DNA of 64,000 nucleotides, taken from positions 5,580,001-5,644,000 of the forward strand of contig CM119384.1 in assembly GCA_051294905.1 (NCBI GenBank), written 5' to 3'. How positions within the stretch are numbered: position 1 is the first letter of the stretch; each line of letters starts with the position of its first letter. Source of the stretch: Botryllus schlosseri (Eukaryota). Shown one piece after another: positions 12,433-26,652 of this stretch. Under the pieces are notes generated by a model. That model was not told the DNA's origin. It ran no database searches and worked only from the letters and a program-made list of their open reading frames with translations. Made by a program: the position numbers and the translations under genes.

Positions 12433-14785
12433 GGCTAATAAATCGTAGTGATCACGATGAAGTTATACCGAAGAAAAAGCCGTCAGTAGTTTTTATTTTC
12501 CGGTGCGTGTCGAGGGCTGGACGAATTCGAGTAGGCCTACACTTGAATGATTCGATTCCGAATCGGATTTTAGGTTTCGAGTGGTATCTAATATTCTGAT
12601 GTCATTGATTGTGTTGCAATCGGTAATGTGGAAATCTCAAATATATGCTACTCCTACCACAAAGAAGAATAATGCGCGATATCGTAGAAAACGCCTAAAT
12701 TAGAAAACATAGCATTTGACAACACCTAGTACAAAAAAAAATCAATCCCCAACGAGTATGCACCTTGACAATCTCAAAGATTATACTTGCTTTGTTAAAA
12801 AAGTCTGCTCGAGTATTTAGTGACTCTCTGATGCGAACTTGACCCGCAATCACACAACACTAGATGTAGTTAGTCAGCGAATGATGCTCATTCAGCAAAT
12901 CAACGAAATTGATTTCGTAAAAATTCTATAGCTGGCGTACGGGATCAATCTTGGTTTCATATGTTTATTGTATCATAAAAATCAAATCCCTGCGATTGGG
13001 GTGTGGGCTACTACTTTATAGGCCCACAACGTGTTAATGAAGTAATACAGTAGCAAGTATAGAATCCCATTTTTCCACTCTGCTCAATATCGACGTAGCA
13101 ATACTCTCACGCCGAATACATTGTTCGGTCTGGCCTAGACCGCTAAGACGTATAAATCTTATATTTGCTTGCAAGTCCTCAGCGAAATTGTTGGCAAAGC
13201 ATATTGATTTATGGGATTATTATATCATTAGATTGCCCAATGCGGTTGATACATTTGTCAACAGTCAATACGTGCTTCAGCATTTTGGCATTTTGTGGCC
13301 CGAGTCGTCGCTAGGTATCGATTACACTAATATAGGCTATCACTTCACTGAAATGTGGGGTGGGAATTAGCAATATGACGTCACGCGACGTCATGAGGTT
13401 CACGTTGGCGTTCACACAGAACCTTTCAAAAAGGTTCGCGTTCACACGATTCTGAACCTTTCAGAGGTTCACGCCATCCCTAATATATAGAACTATAAGT
13501 CCCGTTTTGTAATCTAATTCTTGTAACTATTGAATGCGGGAATAGAAAATTTAATAAGTTGAAGTTGAAATCAATAAAAAAAGGCATTCTATATCAACAC
13601 AATCGTATTTCCAGTAAAAATTTTCAAATTACCATTTTTTTCGTCCGCTATTATAACTTTTGTAACTTGTAAAAGATGGCTTCTACTTCGGATCTCTAAA
13701 TATGGTAACGTGACGATGACTTGAGCACCTAGATATTTCTAGCTGTCTAATTAAACGAAGTTCCAGTATTTCAATTATAATGTAATTTATGAAATGTTTC
13801 CTTGCTCTTATTGTAACTGTAATTTCTGTTTTGTTTTCTGAATGTGCTACAGGAGAACTGTACAGTGTGAAGCGAGCCAAGCTTGCTGAAGAATGAACTA
13901 GAATGATATGATATGAAGTAAGCTTGATTCAATTTCCAAATTTTCGCTAATTCGACTATTTCAATTCTAATCCAACTTGGATAATACTGTATTAGTTATA
14001 ATTCTAATTCTAGTTTATTTCCAATAAACAGTGTGGATATAATTTTGATTCTAGTCTCATTTGGGAATCCAAAAATTTTCTCGTTGTCCCACTCTGCCGT
14101 GACGTGATAGAATCTTCAGTGACGGTGACGCCACATTAGAACACAAGGCCCGAACGAGGTCCCTTTGATATAGACGGCGGTGATGATATTTTGATGGAAA
14201 ACTGTTTAGCAAGTAATTGGATTAGATGTAGGATTCCTTGGAATTTTATCTGAGTGGGCTATACTTTCAGTCGACTGCAAGGGCGTCAAATGAATGAAAT
14301 TAAATATGCATAGCAAGTGGCCCATTAGAGTAACTACCAGATGTGGTCAAAGTAGTCAAGAAAGCTACTCAAGTAGAAGTAGAAGTAGCGATGAAAAAAT
14401 CTACTCAAGTATGAGTAGACGTACTTCTTCCATAAGCCACTTGAAACTACTTAAAGTAAAAGTAGAATTGACTGACTTTAAATCTACTCAAGTAAGTAAG
14501 TAAGTAGTTTCGAAAACAGTCTTAATTTGTTCGCATGGACTGCTAAAAGCTGAATATTGAGCTATGCGGAAGCAGCAGATAGTTTGTTTGGCTCGTATTG
14601 ATGCATCCCAGGAGGTATCAATTTTCGGCAGAATAAGCATTCTTTCGCATCATGGGATGCAAATATAGAAATGATATGAAAATTCGATACCAATCCTTTG
14701 TTTACCAGAAGACCCCGTTTTAGAGAATATCATGTATTGGCACCCTGTCCCATATTATAAGGCCCCCAGTTTAGGTGAGAGAGAG

Positions 14786-14945
14786 AGAGAGAGATATTTA
14801 TTGATTTGTCCAACCGTAAAGAAAACATCATTGGCACATGAAACAACAATATATGAACTTAACGGTATAGGACAGGGTGTGACCGATATGACTCTGGGTA
14901 GGGTCAACTAGTCTGATCACACCCTGCATTAACAAATACAGATAT
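14786..14945 (-). mobile_element. L2/Crack LINE 3'-end fragment with (CT)n tail (duplicated at ~19794-19960)
   Basis: GGTGTGATCAGACTAG motif, AATAAA and (CT)n tail, as at the 3' end of the LINE at 30709-31760. Confidence 0.6.
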
Positions 14946-15284
14946 CGTGTCATAAATTTGGATGCATTGGTTGGGATCAATCAATTCAGCTCAGCATAAA
15001 AATAAAATACTGAAGAAACTAAGAGCAATACGGAGAAGTTGTATCGGATACGGTTTCAACACTTTGCACGATTAGTTTACGTTAATAACAAATATCGTGG
15101 ATCGTAAAATTTATATTTAGTGTAGCTTTATTTTCGTAAAATAGAGTCATTACTACACTTGCTTTTATGCACAGATATAGGAGATAACATGTTGTAGAGA
15201 CAAGTGTCAATCCATATCTGAAAAATGGTCGTTGTCTATAACAGAAACGTGATATTCCCGATTGGAGGTACTTTCATTAAGCCA

Positions 15285-15561
15285 GCATTTCTTGCCGACG
15301 CATGTACCACGCTCAATGTACCGTTTACTTTAACCAATTTACTTACTATGCCGCAATTATTTACGCCGGTCGCCGAGTTTATTATTTCATGTAACTTGTA
15401 TATATAGTTTGAAAGTTTATATAGTTTGAAATTTATTATAAGCCTATGTCCCAGAGCACGAAAACTCGATCCTTGATTACATATTTTGTCCGTGGTGCAC
15501 AAGGCCGGAAACGGCGACACGCGCCACTTAAAACTCCTCATTAATAATAATAATAATAATA
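15285..15561 (+). mobile_element. Short retroposed insertion with (TAA)n tail
   Basis: Flanked by a 15-bp TSD actttc(a/g)ttaagcca (15270-15284, 15562-15576). The empty site is visible in the next unit at ~20292. Confidence 0.8.
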
Positions 15562-16053
15562 ACTTTCGTTAAGCCAAATACAAATGTTTACTAATTTATT
15601 CGACAGTCGACACCGAATACGAAGAACTTCGAAAGAATTGCGCGATATATCTCACCCACGCAATCGGTCTGTATAAATTGAATTAATATAGCTCACGAAG
15701 AATAATCATTTACTTGAGGGTAAACGTTAGTCGCTAAGGGAACGGGTACGGACGAGTAGTTCGAGCTCCTTTTATGGCAAGGAAACAACGCTTTCGGCGG
15801 GCAGGTATAAATAACTGTTTTGTACCGACGATATCGTTAAGAGGTGGCAAGAGACGTTCAATATATTTCAATATACCACGGTCTACATTCATTTGTTCTG
15901 AGAATGTGCGGTAATGTCACAAGAATAATACTTATTTCATTTAGGCGTATATTGAGATCTGTCGAAATGACAAATTTGACTGGTTTGAATCCATATCTGT
16001 ATAGATATGATTCATACCATTTTGCTGCTTGCATTTGATGGATATGGACATTT

Positions 16054-16320
16054 CATCATCATCATCATTGGTTTATTAGCAATTTTATCAATACACTACA
16101 AAAATGCGATACAATGAAATGACAGGAAGATGTCGAAGCGACTAGGAGTAGTCTATGGAATCAGACACCCACCTTGGCCTGGGCGATGTGAAGAGGAAGC
16201 ATGCACACTGAATTAAAGTAAAGAAGATAGTATAGAAAATAGAAAGCGACAAGAAATAGGGCGGCATGTCATGGGAAGCGAGGTCGATAGGTCAGTCGTG
16301 GTCCGGTAATCTTGAGGATG
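16054..16320 (-). mobile_element. L2-type retroposon 3' fragment with (ATG)n tail (duplicated at ~20774-21050)
   Basis: AATAAA plus (atg)n tail; absent from the equivalent site of unit 3 (~24415). Confidence 0.7.
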
Positions 16321-16471
16321 GACTGTATTTATTTATTCTCTGTCTGGATATGGTCCGGCATCATGACAACAGTATAACAGCGATTAACCGCCATAATGGA
16401 CTATACCGTTACTCATCAATTGCACTCGAACCATCATTCAATACGAAAAGTTCAATATCTGTTATATATGG

Positions 16472-18450
16472 TAGGGATTGTGTGAACGTGAGGTTCACGT
16501 TCACAAACGAACCTTGGTAGGTTCTGTAGTGTGAATTTTTTTCATGCATTACAACTTTCACTTCATTATAACATCTTCGGTCGAAATATATCGCATTTCA
16601 ACTGCGGGCCACTATCTGCATGGCGCTGGCAGCATAAAAAATCGACCCCCAACGAGTATGCACCTTGACAATCTCAAATATTATACTTGCTTTGTAACAA
16701 AGTCTGCTCTAATATTTAGTGACTCTCTGATGTGAGCTTGACCTGCAATCACACAACATCAAGAGCAATCACACAACACTACATGTAGTTAATCAGCGAA
16801 TGATGCTCATTCAGCAAATCAATGAAATTGATATCATAAAAAATCTAGCAGGCGTACGGGATCTATCTTGATTTCATATGTTTATTGTATCATAAAAATC
16901 AAATCCGTGCGATTGGGGTGTGGGGTACTACTTTATAGGCCCACAACTTGTTAATGGGGTAAGACGGTAGCAAGTAGAGAAACCCATTTTACACTCTGCT
17001 CAATATCGACGTAGCAATACTCTCACGCCGAATACATTGTCCGGTCTGGCCTAGACCGCTAAGACGTATAAATCTTATATTTGCTTGCAAGTCCTCAGCG
17101 AAATCGTTGGCAAAGCATATATTGATTCATGGGATTATTATATCATTAGATTGCCCAATGCGGTTGATACATTTGTCAACAGTCAATGCGTACTTCAGCA
17201 TTTTAGCATTTTGTTACCCGAGTCGTCGCTAGGTATCGTGTACAGCAGGGGTCACCAACCTTTTTGCAACCGAGGGCTACTTTTATGTAATGATTGAAGC
17301 GGCGGGCTACTATTTACTCCCGCCGTTTACCCGTACCACACTGAATTTCCGCTTTGATATTCATAGCACTGGGCAGGATTGGACATCATATTATCTGTTT
17401 GTATAGCAGTCAGTGGGAAGCCTGGCATTGTATGATATCAACTAGTGCGCTGTACTCTGGTATTTAACTTGACACTGCAATTCTGAGTGAGTGTTCCAGA
17501 TGTGCAATAATTAAGCGTGTTTTGTGTTTGTTTTTGATGAAGTTCATGTCCGAAAAGGCTGATTCACAACGATAAGTTGAACCATAGACGCTTGCAACCT
17601 TCATAGCTGCTGCGCATACACCACTGTACTTTTCCGTATCAATAATGCACCAAACGTTGCTGCACGGTGAGGTGGGGGTCATTTTGCAGTGTTACAATTT
17701 CAATCTCCTACGGTTCAGCATCCAGAAATGACAATACCGGACAGCAGCAACGATTACGGAAAGTTAAAAACATGGTATATTAAACTGCGTTGATTGTAAC
17801 AGAAACAAGCTGTGTCAAAAGATGCAATACGTAATGGGTATACAGATATTGAAAATCTGCTAGTACTTCACGGCTATCTGAGTCCGAATAGTAATATTGT
17901 TTATTACTACTGTGGCATTGTCCTGGTCGTCGAGCTATCATATCGGAACCGCCACCATTTCAAGAAGACCGTGGGGCATTCAGTCATGTCACCTGTATAG
18001 GCAATGCGCCGTACCATGAATTTGTGGTGATTCTATCACATATCTATATAGGACTATTACTAATTGTAATAGAAGATAAGTGTTTATATATGTAAGTTAC
18101 ATGTTAGTGTGTTTTAAACAAGAATAGCTGAATCGATCGATCTATATATTTAAAAGCTCATTGGTAATAATCTGACGAATATTGGTAATTGCTGTTATTC
18201 TACCTATTTTTAGAATGGGCTCGCGGGCTACTCATTTAGTCCTCGCGGGCTACCTGGTGCCCGCGGGCACCGGGTTGGTGACCCCTGGTGTACAGTAATA
18301 TAGGCTACCACTTCACTGAAATGTAGGGTTGGCATTTGAAATATAACGTCACGTGACGTCATGAGGTTCACGTTGGCGTTCACACAGAACCTTTCAAAAA
18401 GGTTCGCGTTCACGCGATCCTGAACCTTTCAGAGGTTCACACCATCCCTA
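16472..18450. mobile_element. hAT-like non-autonomous element Y in each array unit (also 21201-22130, 24560-25355; partial 12733-13482)
   Basis: 16-bp TIRs tagggattgtgtgaac vs tagggatggtgtgaac (15/16); flanks atatatgg/atatatag; subterminal GTTCAC and GAACC...GGTTC hairpins; ~930 bp without the nested insert. Confidence 0.75.
17246..18287 (-). mobile_element. Buster/Charlie-type hAT deletion derivative carrying the transposase C-terminal dimerisation region
   Basis: TIRs caggggtcaccaacc; perfect TSD gtgtacag; ORF remnant KVASVYGSTYRCESAFSDMNFIKNKHKTRLIIAHLEHSLRIAVSS matches the hAT C-terminal GSTYxCE motif. Confidence 0.9.
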
Positions 18451-21400
18451 ATATATAGAACTATAAGTCCCCTTTTGTAATCTAATTCTTGTCACTGTTG
18501 AATGTGGGAATAGAGAATTTAATAAGTTGAAGTCAAAATCAATATAAAAAGGCATTCTATATCAACACAATCGTATTTCCAGTAAAAACTTTCAAATTAC
18601 CAGTTTTTTCGTCAGCTATTATAACTTTTGTAACTTGTAAAAGATGGCTTCTACTCCGGATCTCTAAATATGGTAACGTGACGCTGACTTGAGCACCTAG
18701 CTGTCTAATTAAACGAAGTTCCAGTATTTCAATTATAATGTAATTTAAGAAATGTTTCCTTGCTCTTATTGTAACTCTAATTTCTGTTTTGTTTTCTGAG
18801 TGTGCTACAGGAGAACTGTACAGTGTGAAGCGAGCCAAGCTTGCTGAAGAATGAACTAGAATGATATGATATGAAGTAAGCTTGATTAAAATTTCCAAAT
18901 TTTCGCTATTTCGATTATTTCAATTCTAATCCAACTTGGATAATACTGTATTAGATATAATTATAATTCTAGTTTAATTCGAATGAACTGTGTGGATATA
19001 ATTTTGATTCTAGTGTCATTTGGGAAACCAAAAATTTTCTGGTTGTCCAACTCTGCCGTGACGTCATAGAATCTTCAGTGACGGTGAAGTCACATTAGAA
19101 CACAAGGTCCGAACGAGGTCCCTTTGATATAGACGGCGGTGATGATATTTTGATGGAAAACTGTTTAGCAAGTGATTGGATTAGATGTAGGATTCCCTGG
19201 AGTTTTATCTAGAGTGGGCTATACTTTCGGTCGACTGCAAGGGCGTCAAATGAATGAAATTAAATATGCATAGCAAGTGGCCCATTAGCAATCAGACCCA
19301 CGACGAATTACGAACAATTCTTACATGTTGTCTTACGTGCCCTATGAGTAACTACCAGAGATGGTCAAAGTAGTCAAGAAAGCTACTCAAGTAGAAGTAG
19401 AAGTAGCGATGAAAAATCTACTCAAGTGTGAGTAGACGTACTTCTTCCATAAGCCACTCAAAACTACTTAAAGTAAAAGCAGAATTGACTGACTTTAAAT
19501 CTACTCAAGTAAGTAAGTAAGTAGTTTCGATAACAGTCTTAATTCGTTCGCATGGACTGTCAAAAGCTGAAAATTGAGCTATGCGGGAGCAGCAGATAGT
19601 ATGTTTGGTTCGTATTGATGCATCCCAGGAGGTATCAATTTTCGACAGAATAAACATTCTTTCGCATCATGGGATGCAAATTATAGTAATGATATGAAAA
19701 TTCGATACCAATCCTTTGTTTACCAGAAGACCCCGTTTTAGAGTATATCATGTATTGGCACCCTGTCCCATATTATAAGGCCCCCAGTTTAGGTGAGAGA
19801 GAGAGAGAGAGAGAGATATTTATTGATTTGTCCAACCGTAAAGAAAACATCATTGGCACATGAAACAACAATATATGAACTTAACGGTATAGGACAGGGT
19901 GTGACCGATATGACTCTGGGTAGGGTCAACTAGTCTGATCACACCCTGCATTAACAAATACAGATATCGTGTCATAAATTTGGATGCATTGGTTGGGATC
20001 AATCAATTCAGCTCAGCATAAAAATAAAATACTGAAGAAACTAAGAGCAATACGGAGAAGTTGTATCAGATACGGTTTCAACACTTTGCACGATTAGTTT
20101 ACGTTAATAACAAATATCGTGGATCGTAAAATTTATATTTAGTGTAGCTTTATTGTCGTAAAATAGAGTCATTACTACACTTGCTTTTATGCACAGCTAT
20201 AGGAGATAACATGTTGTAGAGACAAGTGTCAATCCATATCTGAAAAATGGTCGTTGCCTACAACAGAAACGTGATATTCCCGATTGGAGGTACTTTCGTT
20301 AAGCCAAATACAAATGTTTACTAATTTATTCGACACCGAATACGAAAAACTTCGAAAGAATTGCGCAATAAATCTAGCCCACGCAATCGGTCTGTATAAA
20401 TTGTTTTAATATAGCTCACGAAGAATAATCATTTACTTGAGGGTAAACGTTAGTCGCTAAGGGAACGGGTACGGACGAGTAGTTCGAGCTCCTTTTATGG
20501 CAAGGAAACAACGCTTTCGGCGGGCAGGTATAAATAACTGTTTTGTACCGACGATATCGTTAAGAGGTGGCAAGAGACGTTCAATATATTTCAATATACC
20601 ACGGTCTACATTCATTTGTTCTGAGAATGTGCGGTAATGTCACAAGAATAATACTTATCTCATTTAGGCGTATATTGAGATCTGTCGAAATGACAAATTT
20701 GACTGGTTTGAATCCATATCTGTATAGATATGATTCATACCATTTTGCTGCTTGCATTTGATGGATATGGACATTTCATCATCATCATCATTGGTTTATT
20801 AGCAATTTTATCAGTTCAATACACCACAAAAATGCGATAAAATGAAATGACAGGAAGATGTCGAAGCGACTAGAAGTAGTCTATGGAATCAGACACCCAC
20901 CTTGGCCTAGGCGATGTAAAGAGGAAGCATGCACACTGAATTAAAGTAAAGAAGATAGTATAGAAAAAAGAAAGCGACAAGAAATAGGGCGGCATGTCAT
21001 GGGAAGCGATGAGGTCGATAGGTCAGTCGTGATCCGGTAATCTTGAGGATGGACTGTATTTTTTTATTCTCTGTCTGGATGGTCCGGCATCATGACAACA
21101 GTATAACAGCGATTAACCGCCATAATGGACTATACCGTTACTCATCAATTGCACTCCAACCATCATTCAATGCGAAAAGTTCAATATCTGTTATATATGG
21201 TAGGGATTGTAAGAACGTGAGGTTCGCGTTCACAAACGAACCTTGGCAAGTTCTGTATAGTGTGAACCTTTTTCATGCATTACAACTTTCACTTCATTAT
21301 AACATCTTTGGTCGAAATATATTGCATTTTAACTGCGGGCCACTATATGCATGGCGCTGGCAGCATAAAAAAATCAACCCGTAACGAGTATGCACCTTGA

Positions 21401-22383
21401 CAATCTGAAAGATTATACTTGCTTTGTTACAAAAGTCTGCTCTAATATTTAGTGACTCTCTGATGTGAGCTTGACCTGCAATCACACAACATCAAGAGCA
21501 ATCACACAACACTACTTGTAGTTAGCGAATGATGCTCATTCAGCAAATCAATGAAATTGATATCGTAAAAAATCTAGCAGGCGTGCGGGATCAATCTTGG
21601 TTTCATATGTTTATTGTATCATAAAAATCTAATCCGTGCGATTGGGGTGTGGGCTACTACTATAGGCCCACAGCTTGTTAATGGGGTAATACGATAGCAA
21701 GTGTAGAAACCCATTTTACACTCTGCTCAATATCGACGTAGTAATACTCTCACGCCGAATACATTGTTCGGTCTGGCCTAGACCGCTAAGACGTATAAAT
21801 CTTATATTTGCTTGCAAGTCCTCAGCGAAATCGTTGGCAAAGCATATTGATTCATGGGATTATTATATCATTAGATTGCCCCATGCGGTTGATACTTTTG
21901 TCAACAGTCAATACGTAGCCTACTTCAGCATTTTAGCATTTTGTGACCCGAGTCGTCGCTAGGTATCGATTACAATAATATGGGCTATCACTTCACTGAA
22001 ATGTGGGGTGGGAATTAGCAATATGACGTCACGCGACGTCATGAGGTTCACGTTGGCGTTCACAAAGAACCTTTCAAAAAGGTTCGCGTTCACACGATTC
22101 TGAACCTTTCAGAGGTTCACGCCATACCTAATATATAGAACTATAAGTCCCGTTTTGTAATCTAATTCTTGTAACTATTGAATGCGGGAATAGAGAATTT
22201 AATAAGTTGAAGTTGAAATCAATAAAAAAAAGGCATTCTATATCAACACAATCGTATTTCCAGTAAAAATTTTCAAATTACCAGTTTTTTCGTCAGCTAT
22301 TATAACTTTTGTAACTTGTAAAAGATGGCTTCTACTCCGGATCTCTAAATATGGTAACGTGACGCTGACTTGAGCTCCTAGAT

Positions 22384-23447
22384 CAGGGGTCACCAACCCG
22401 GTGCCCGCGGGCACCAGGTAGCCCGCGAGGACTAGATGAGTAGCTCGCGAGCCCATTCTAAAAATATGTGAAATAGCAGCATTTACCAATATTCGTCAGA
22501 TTATTACCATCAGTGAGCTTCTAAATATATAGATTGATTGATTCAGCTATTCTTGTTTAAAACACACTAACATGTAACTTAAATATATAAACACTTGAAA
22601 ATATCTTCAATTACAATTAGTAATATATAGATGTATGTGATAGAATCACCAGAAATTCAAGATGGCGCATTGCCTATAAAGGCGACATGACGGAATGCCG
22701 TTCACGGTCATCTTGAAATGGTGGGGGGTTCCGTTACGATAGCTCGACGACCAGGACAATGCCAAAGCAGTAAACAATATTACTATTCAAAGTCAGATAG
22801 CCGTGAATTACTAGCAGATTTTCAATATCTGTATACCGAATACGTATTGCATCTTTTGGCACAGCTTGTTTCTGTTACACTCAACGCAGTTTAATATACC
22901 ATGTTTCTAACTCTCTGTATTCGTTGCTGGTGTCCGGTATAATGAAATCTTGGTCATTTCTGGATGCTGAACAGTTGGAGATTGATATTGTAACACTGCA
23001 AAATGAACCCCACCTCAGACCTCAGTCTGCAGCAAACGTTTGGTGCATTGTTGATACGGAAAAGTACAGTGGTGTATGCGCAGCAGCTATGAAGGTTGCA
23101 AGCGTCTATGGTTCAACTTATCGTTGTGAATCAGCCATTTCGGACATGAGCTTCATCAAAAACAAACACACAACACGCTTAATTAATGCACATCTGGAAC
23201 ATCCACTAAGAATTGCAGTGTCAAGTTGAATACCAGAGTACAGCGCACTAGTTGATATCATACAATGCCCGGCTTCTCACTGACTGCTATAGAAACAGAT
23301 AACATGATGTCCAGGTCTGCCCAGTGCTATTAATATCAAAGCGGAAATTCAGTGTTACACGGGTAAACGACGGGAGTAAATAGTAGCCCGCCGCTTCAAT
23401 CGTTACGCAAAAGTAGACCTCGGTTGCAAAAACGTTGGTGACCCCTG
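22384..23447 (+). mobile_element. Second copy of the Buster/Charlie-type derivative, opposite orientation
   Basis: Same TIRs; perfect TSD tcctagat; ORF 22924-23229 carries the same C-terminal motif. Confidence 0.9.
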
Positions 23448-26400
23448 TCCTAGATATTTCTAGCTCTCTAATTAAACAAATGTTCCAGTAGTTTAATTAT
23501 AATGTAATTTATGAAATGTTTCCTTGCTCTTATTGTAACTGTAATTTCTGTTTTGTTTTCTGAATGTGCTACAGGAGAACTGTACAGTGTGAAGCGCGCC
23601 AAGCTTGCTGAAGAATGAACTAGAATGATATGATATGAAGTAAGCTTGATTCAATTTCCAAATTTTCGCTAATTCGATTAATTCAATTCTAATCTAACTG
23701 ATACTGTATTAGTTATAATTCTAATTCTTGTTTGTGTGGATATAATTTTGATTCTACTCTCATTTGGGAAACCAAAAATTTTCTGGCTGTCCAACTCTGC
23801 CGTGACGTCATAGAATCTTCAGTGACGGTGACGTCACATTAGAACACAAGGTCCGAACGAGGTCTCGTTGATATAGACGGCGGTGATGATATTTTGATGG
23901 AAAACTGTTTAGCAAGTGATTGGATTAGATTTAGGATTCCTTGGAGTTTTATCTAGAGTGGGCTATACTTTCAGTCGACTGCAAGGGCGTCAAATGAATG
24001 AAATTAAATATGCATAGCAAGTGGCCCATTAGCAAACAGACCCACGACGAATTACGAACAACTCTTACATGTTGTCTTACTTGCCCTATGAGTAAGTACC
24101 AGAGGTGGTCAAAGTAGTCAAGAAAGCTACTCCAGTAGAAGTAGAAATAGCGATGAAAAAATCTACTCAGGTATGTATCAATAACTGTTTTTGTACCGAC
24201 GATATCGTTCAGAGGCGGCAAGAGACGTTCTATACATTTCGATATACCACGATCTACATTCATTTGTTCTAAGAATGTGCGGTAATGTCACAAGAATAAT
24301 ACTTAGTTCATTTAGGCGTATATTGAGATCTTTCGAAATGACAAATTTGACTGGTTTGAATCCATATCTGTATAGGTATGATTCATACCATTTTGCTGCT
24401 TGCATTTGATGGACATGGACATTTATTCTCTGTCTGGATGGTCCGGCATCATGATAACAGTATAACAGCGATTAACCGCCATAATGGACTATACTGTTAC
24501 TCATTAATTGCACTCCAACCATCATTCAATACGAAAAGTTCAATATCCGTTATATATGGTAGGGATTGTGCGAACGTGAGATTTACGTTCACAAACGAAC
24601 CTTGGTAGGTTCTGTAGTGACTAGTGAGAACCTTTTTCATGCATTACAACTTTCACTTCATTATAACATCTTTGGTCGAAATATGTTGCATTTCAACTGC
24701 GGGCCACTATATGCATGGCGCTGGCAGCATAAAAAAATCAATCCCCAACGAGTATGCACCTTTGACAATCTCAAAGATTATACTTGCTTTCTTACAAAAG
24801 TCTGCTCGAATATTTAGTGACTCTCTGATGTGAACTTGACCCGCAATCACACAACACTACATGTAGTTAGTCAGCGAATGATGCTCATTCAGCAAATCAT
24901 GGAAATTGATATAAAAAAATCAACCCCCAACGAGTATGCACGTTGATAATCTCAAAGATTATACTTGCTTTGTTACAAAAGTCTGCTGGTCGAATGTATA
25001 GTGACTCTCTGATGTCAGCTTGACCCGCAATCACACAACATCAAGAGTAATCACACAGCACTACATGTAGTTAGTCAGCGAATGATGCTCATTCAGCAAA
25101 TCAATGAAATCGACATCGTAACAAATCTAGCAGGCGTACGGGATCAATCTTGGTTTCATGTTTATTATATCATAAAAATCAAATCCGTGCGATTGGGATG
25201 TGGGCTACTACTTTATAGGCCCACAACTTGGTAATGGGGTAATACGGTAGCCAGTATAGAAACCCATTTTACACTCTGCTCAATATCGACGTACCAATAC
25301 TCGGACTAGACCGTTCACACTATCCTGAACCTTTCAGAGGTTCACAACATCCCTAACATATATAGAACTATAAGTACTGTTTTGTAATCTAATTATTGTC
25401 ACTATTGAATGCGAGAATAGAGAATTTAATAAGCTGATGTGTAAATCAATAAAAAAAGGCATTCTATATTTTGATAAACAGACACTCTGTGCAATATGTA
25501 TAGGCCCAAGTCGAAGTCAGAAGCATGAATGACAATTATCGCCCAAATCGGACTCGAATATGACACATGGCGGAAAACGATTACCAAGTCAGAGAGAGGC
25601 AAAGAATACAACGGCATAAAAATCAAATTCCAGGAACACCATGAGTTTCCGAACCTGAAGAAGTTTTGTTCAACACTGACTCCACCAATATCACAGAGCT
25701 GCTGCTGTGTTTACCGAAATTGGGCAATTGAATCGATCCCCGGAATCCGACTCAAGGTATACAATACCTACATTCGTATCCTATGTTACATCAGCAGCAT
25801 TATATTCTCTGTTTCACTATGACAGGAGAAGCAGCCACTGCATGAATGGAACTTTATTGGAGTTCGGATCGCCAGAATTGCTAAACATTAACATTAGTAG
25901 TCTACGCTATCTTCGTCCAGCATTTGCGTAAAATGGTAGTTTTCCGTTGCATGTGTTTCCATCTCGTTGTTTCGTTCCATTGTGTCGACTCACAATAATA
26001 GGAATCGAAATAAATTTACAACTGATGCACGGACAAATTCTAAATCAAAATAATAGAGCTACAGTCGTCGCAGTCGCGATCGATTCGAATGACTAGGACT
26101 CGTATTTTGTGCGGTATTGATCGCGTTGATCACGAGAAGGTAGCGTAGAAAACGGGTGCTGGCAGCTTTTAGGCTTTCCATGCGTGTTGATTTGTTGTCG
26201 GCGGTCTGTTAAATGGATATATTGAGAGACCCAAGATTATCTCTGGTACCGTCCATTCCATCAGCAGTACCATCAGTAATCAACTACAATAACCAGCAGT
26301 GCTCATGTGGTGTTGGTGATGAAGAGACACACGAAGGATCCAAGGTCCGACTATATCGATTGTCAAAGTATATAGTGGGAGATGGGATGGAAGAAGTCAA

Positions 26401-26652
26401 TATATTCTTGGATCTACATTTTAGATTCCTTTCCGCTCGATCTGGGTAATTCCTTGTCATCAGCATTGTATCAGGTACACGGAATTTATTTATACTGTGT
26501 TGAAAATGAATATGGTGAGTGGGACCAGTCCAATGATTGGTGAATGGTGACTATACTACGTTACCAAAACTGCTGCTATGCATTTAGGAACTATAGGAAG
26601 AGCGGTGGCGAAATATAACGCATATGAAACGTTTCGTGCCTATATTATAGTA

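Larger units (their letters stand above)
12733..25470. repeat. Tandem array of ~3.4-4.7-kb composite units (three full plus a partial fourth)
   Basis: Marker aaaaaaatcaa(t/c)ccc(c)aacgagtatgcac recurs at ~12735, 16635, 21367, 24732 and 24915. Long collinear near-identity, e.g. identical 64-aa ORFs at 15844 and 20567. Confidence 0.95.

Noticed and set aside
13188-25000. Recurrent 60-110-aa ORFs in the array (e.g. MARDVQYISIY...)
   Set aside because: They recur only because the DNA is duplicated; frames break between units and there are no motifs.
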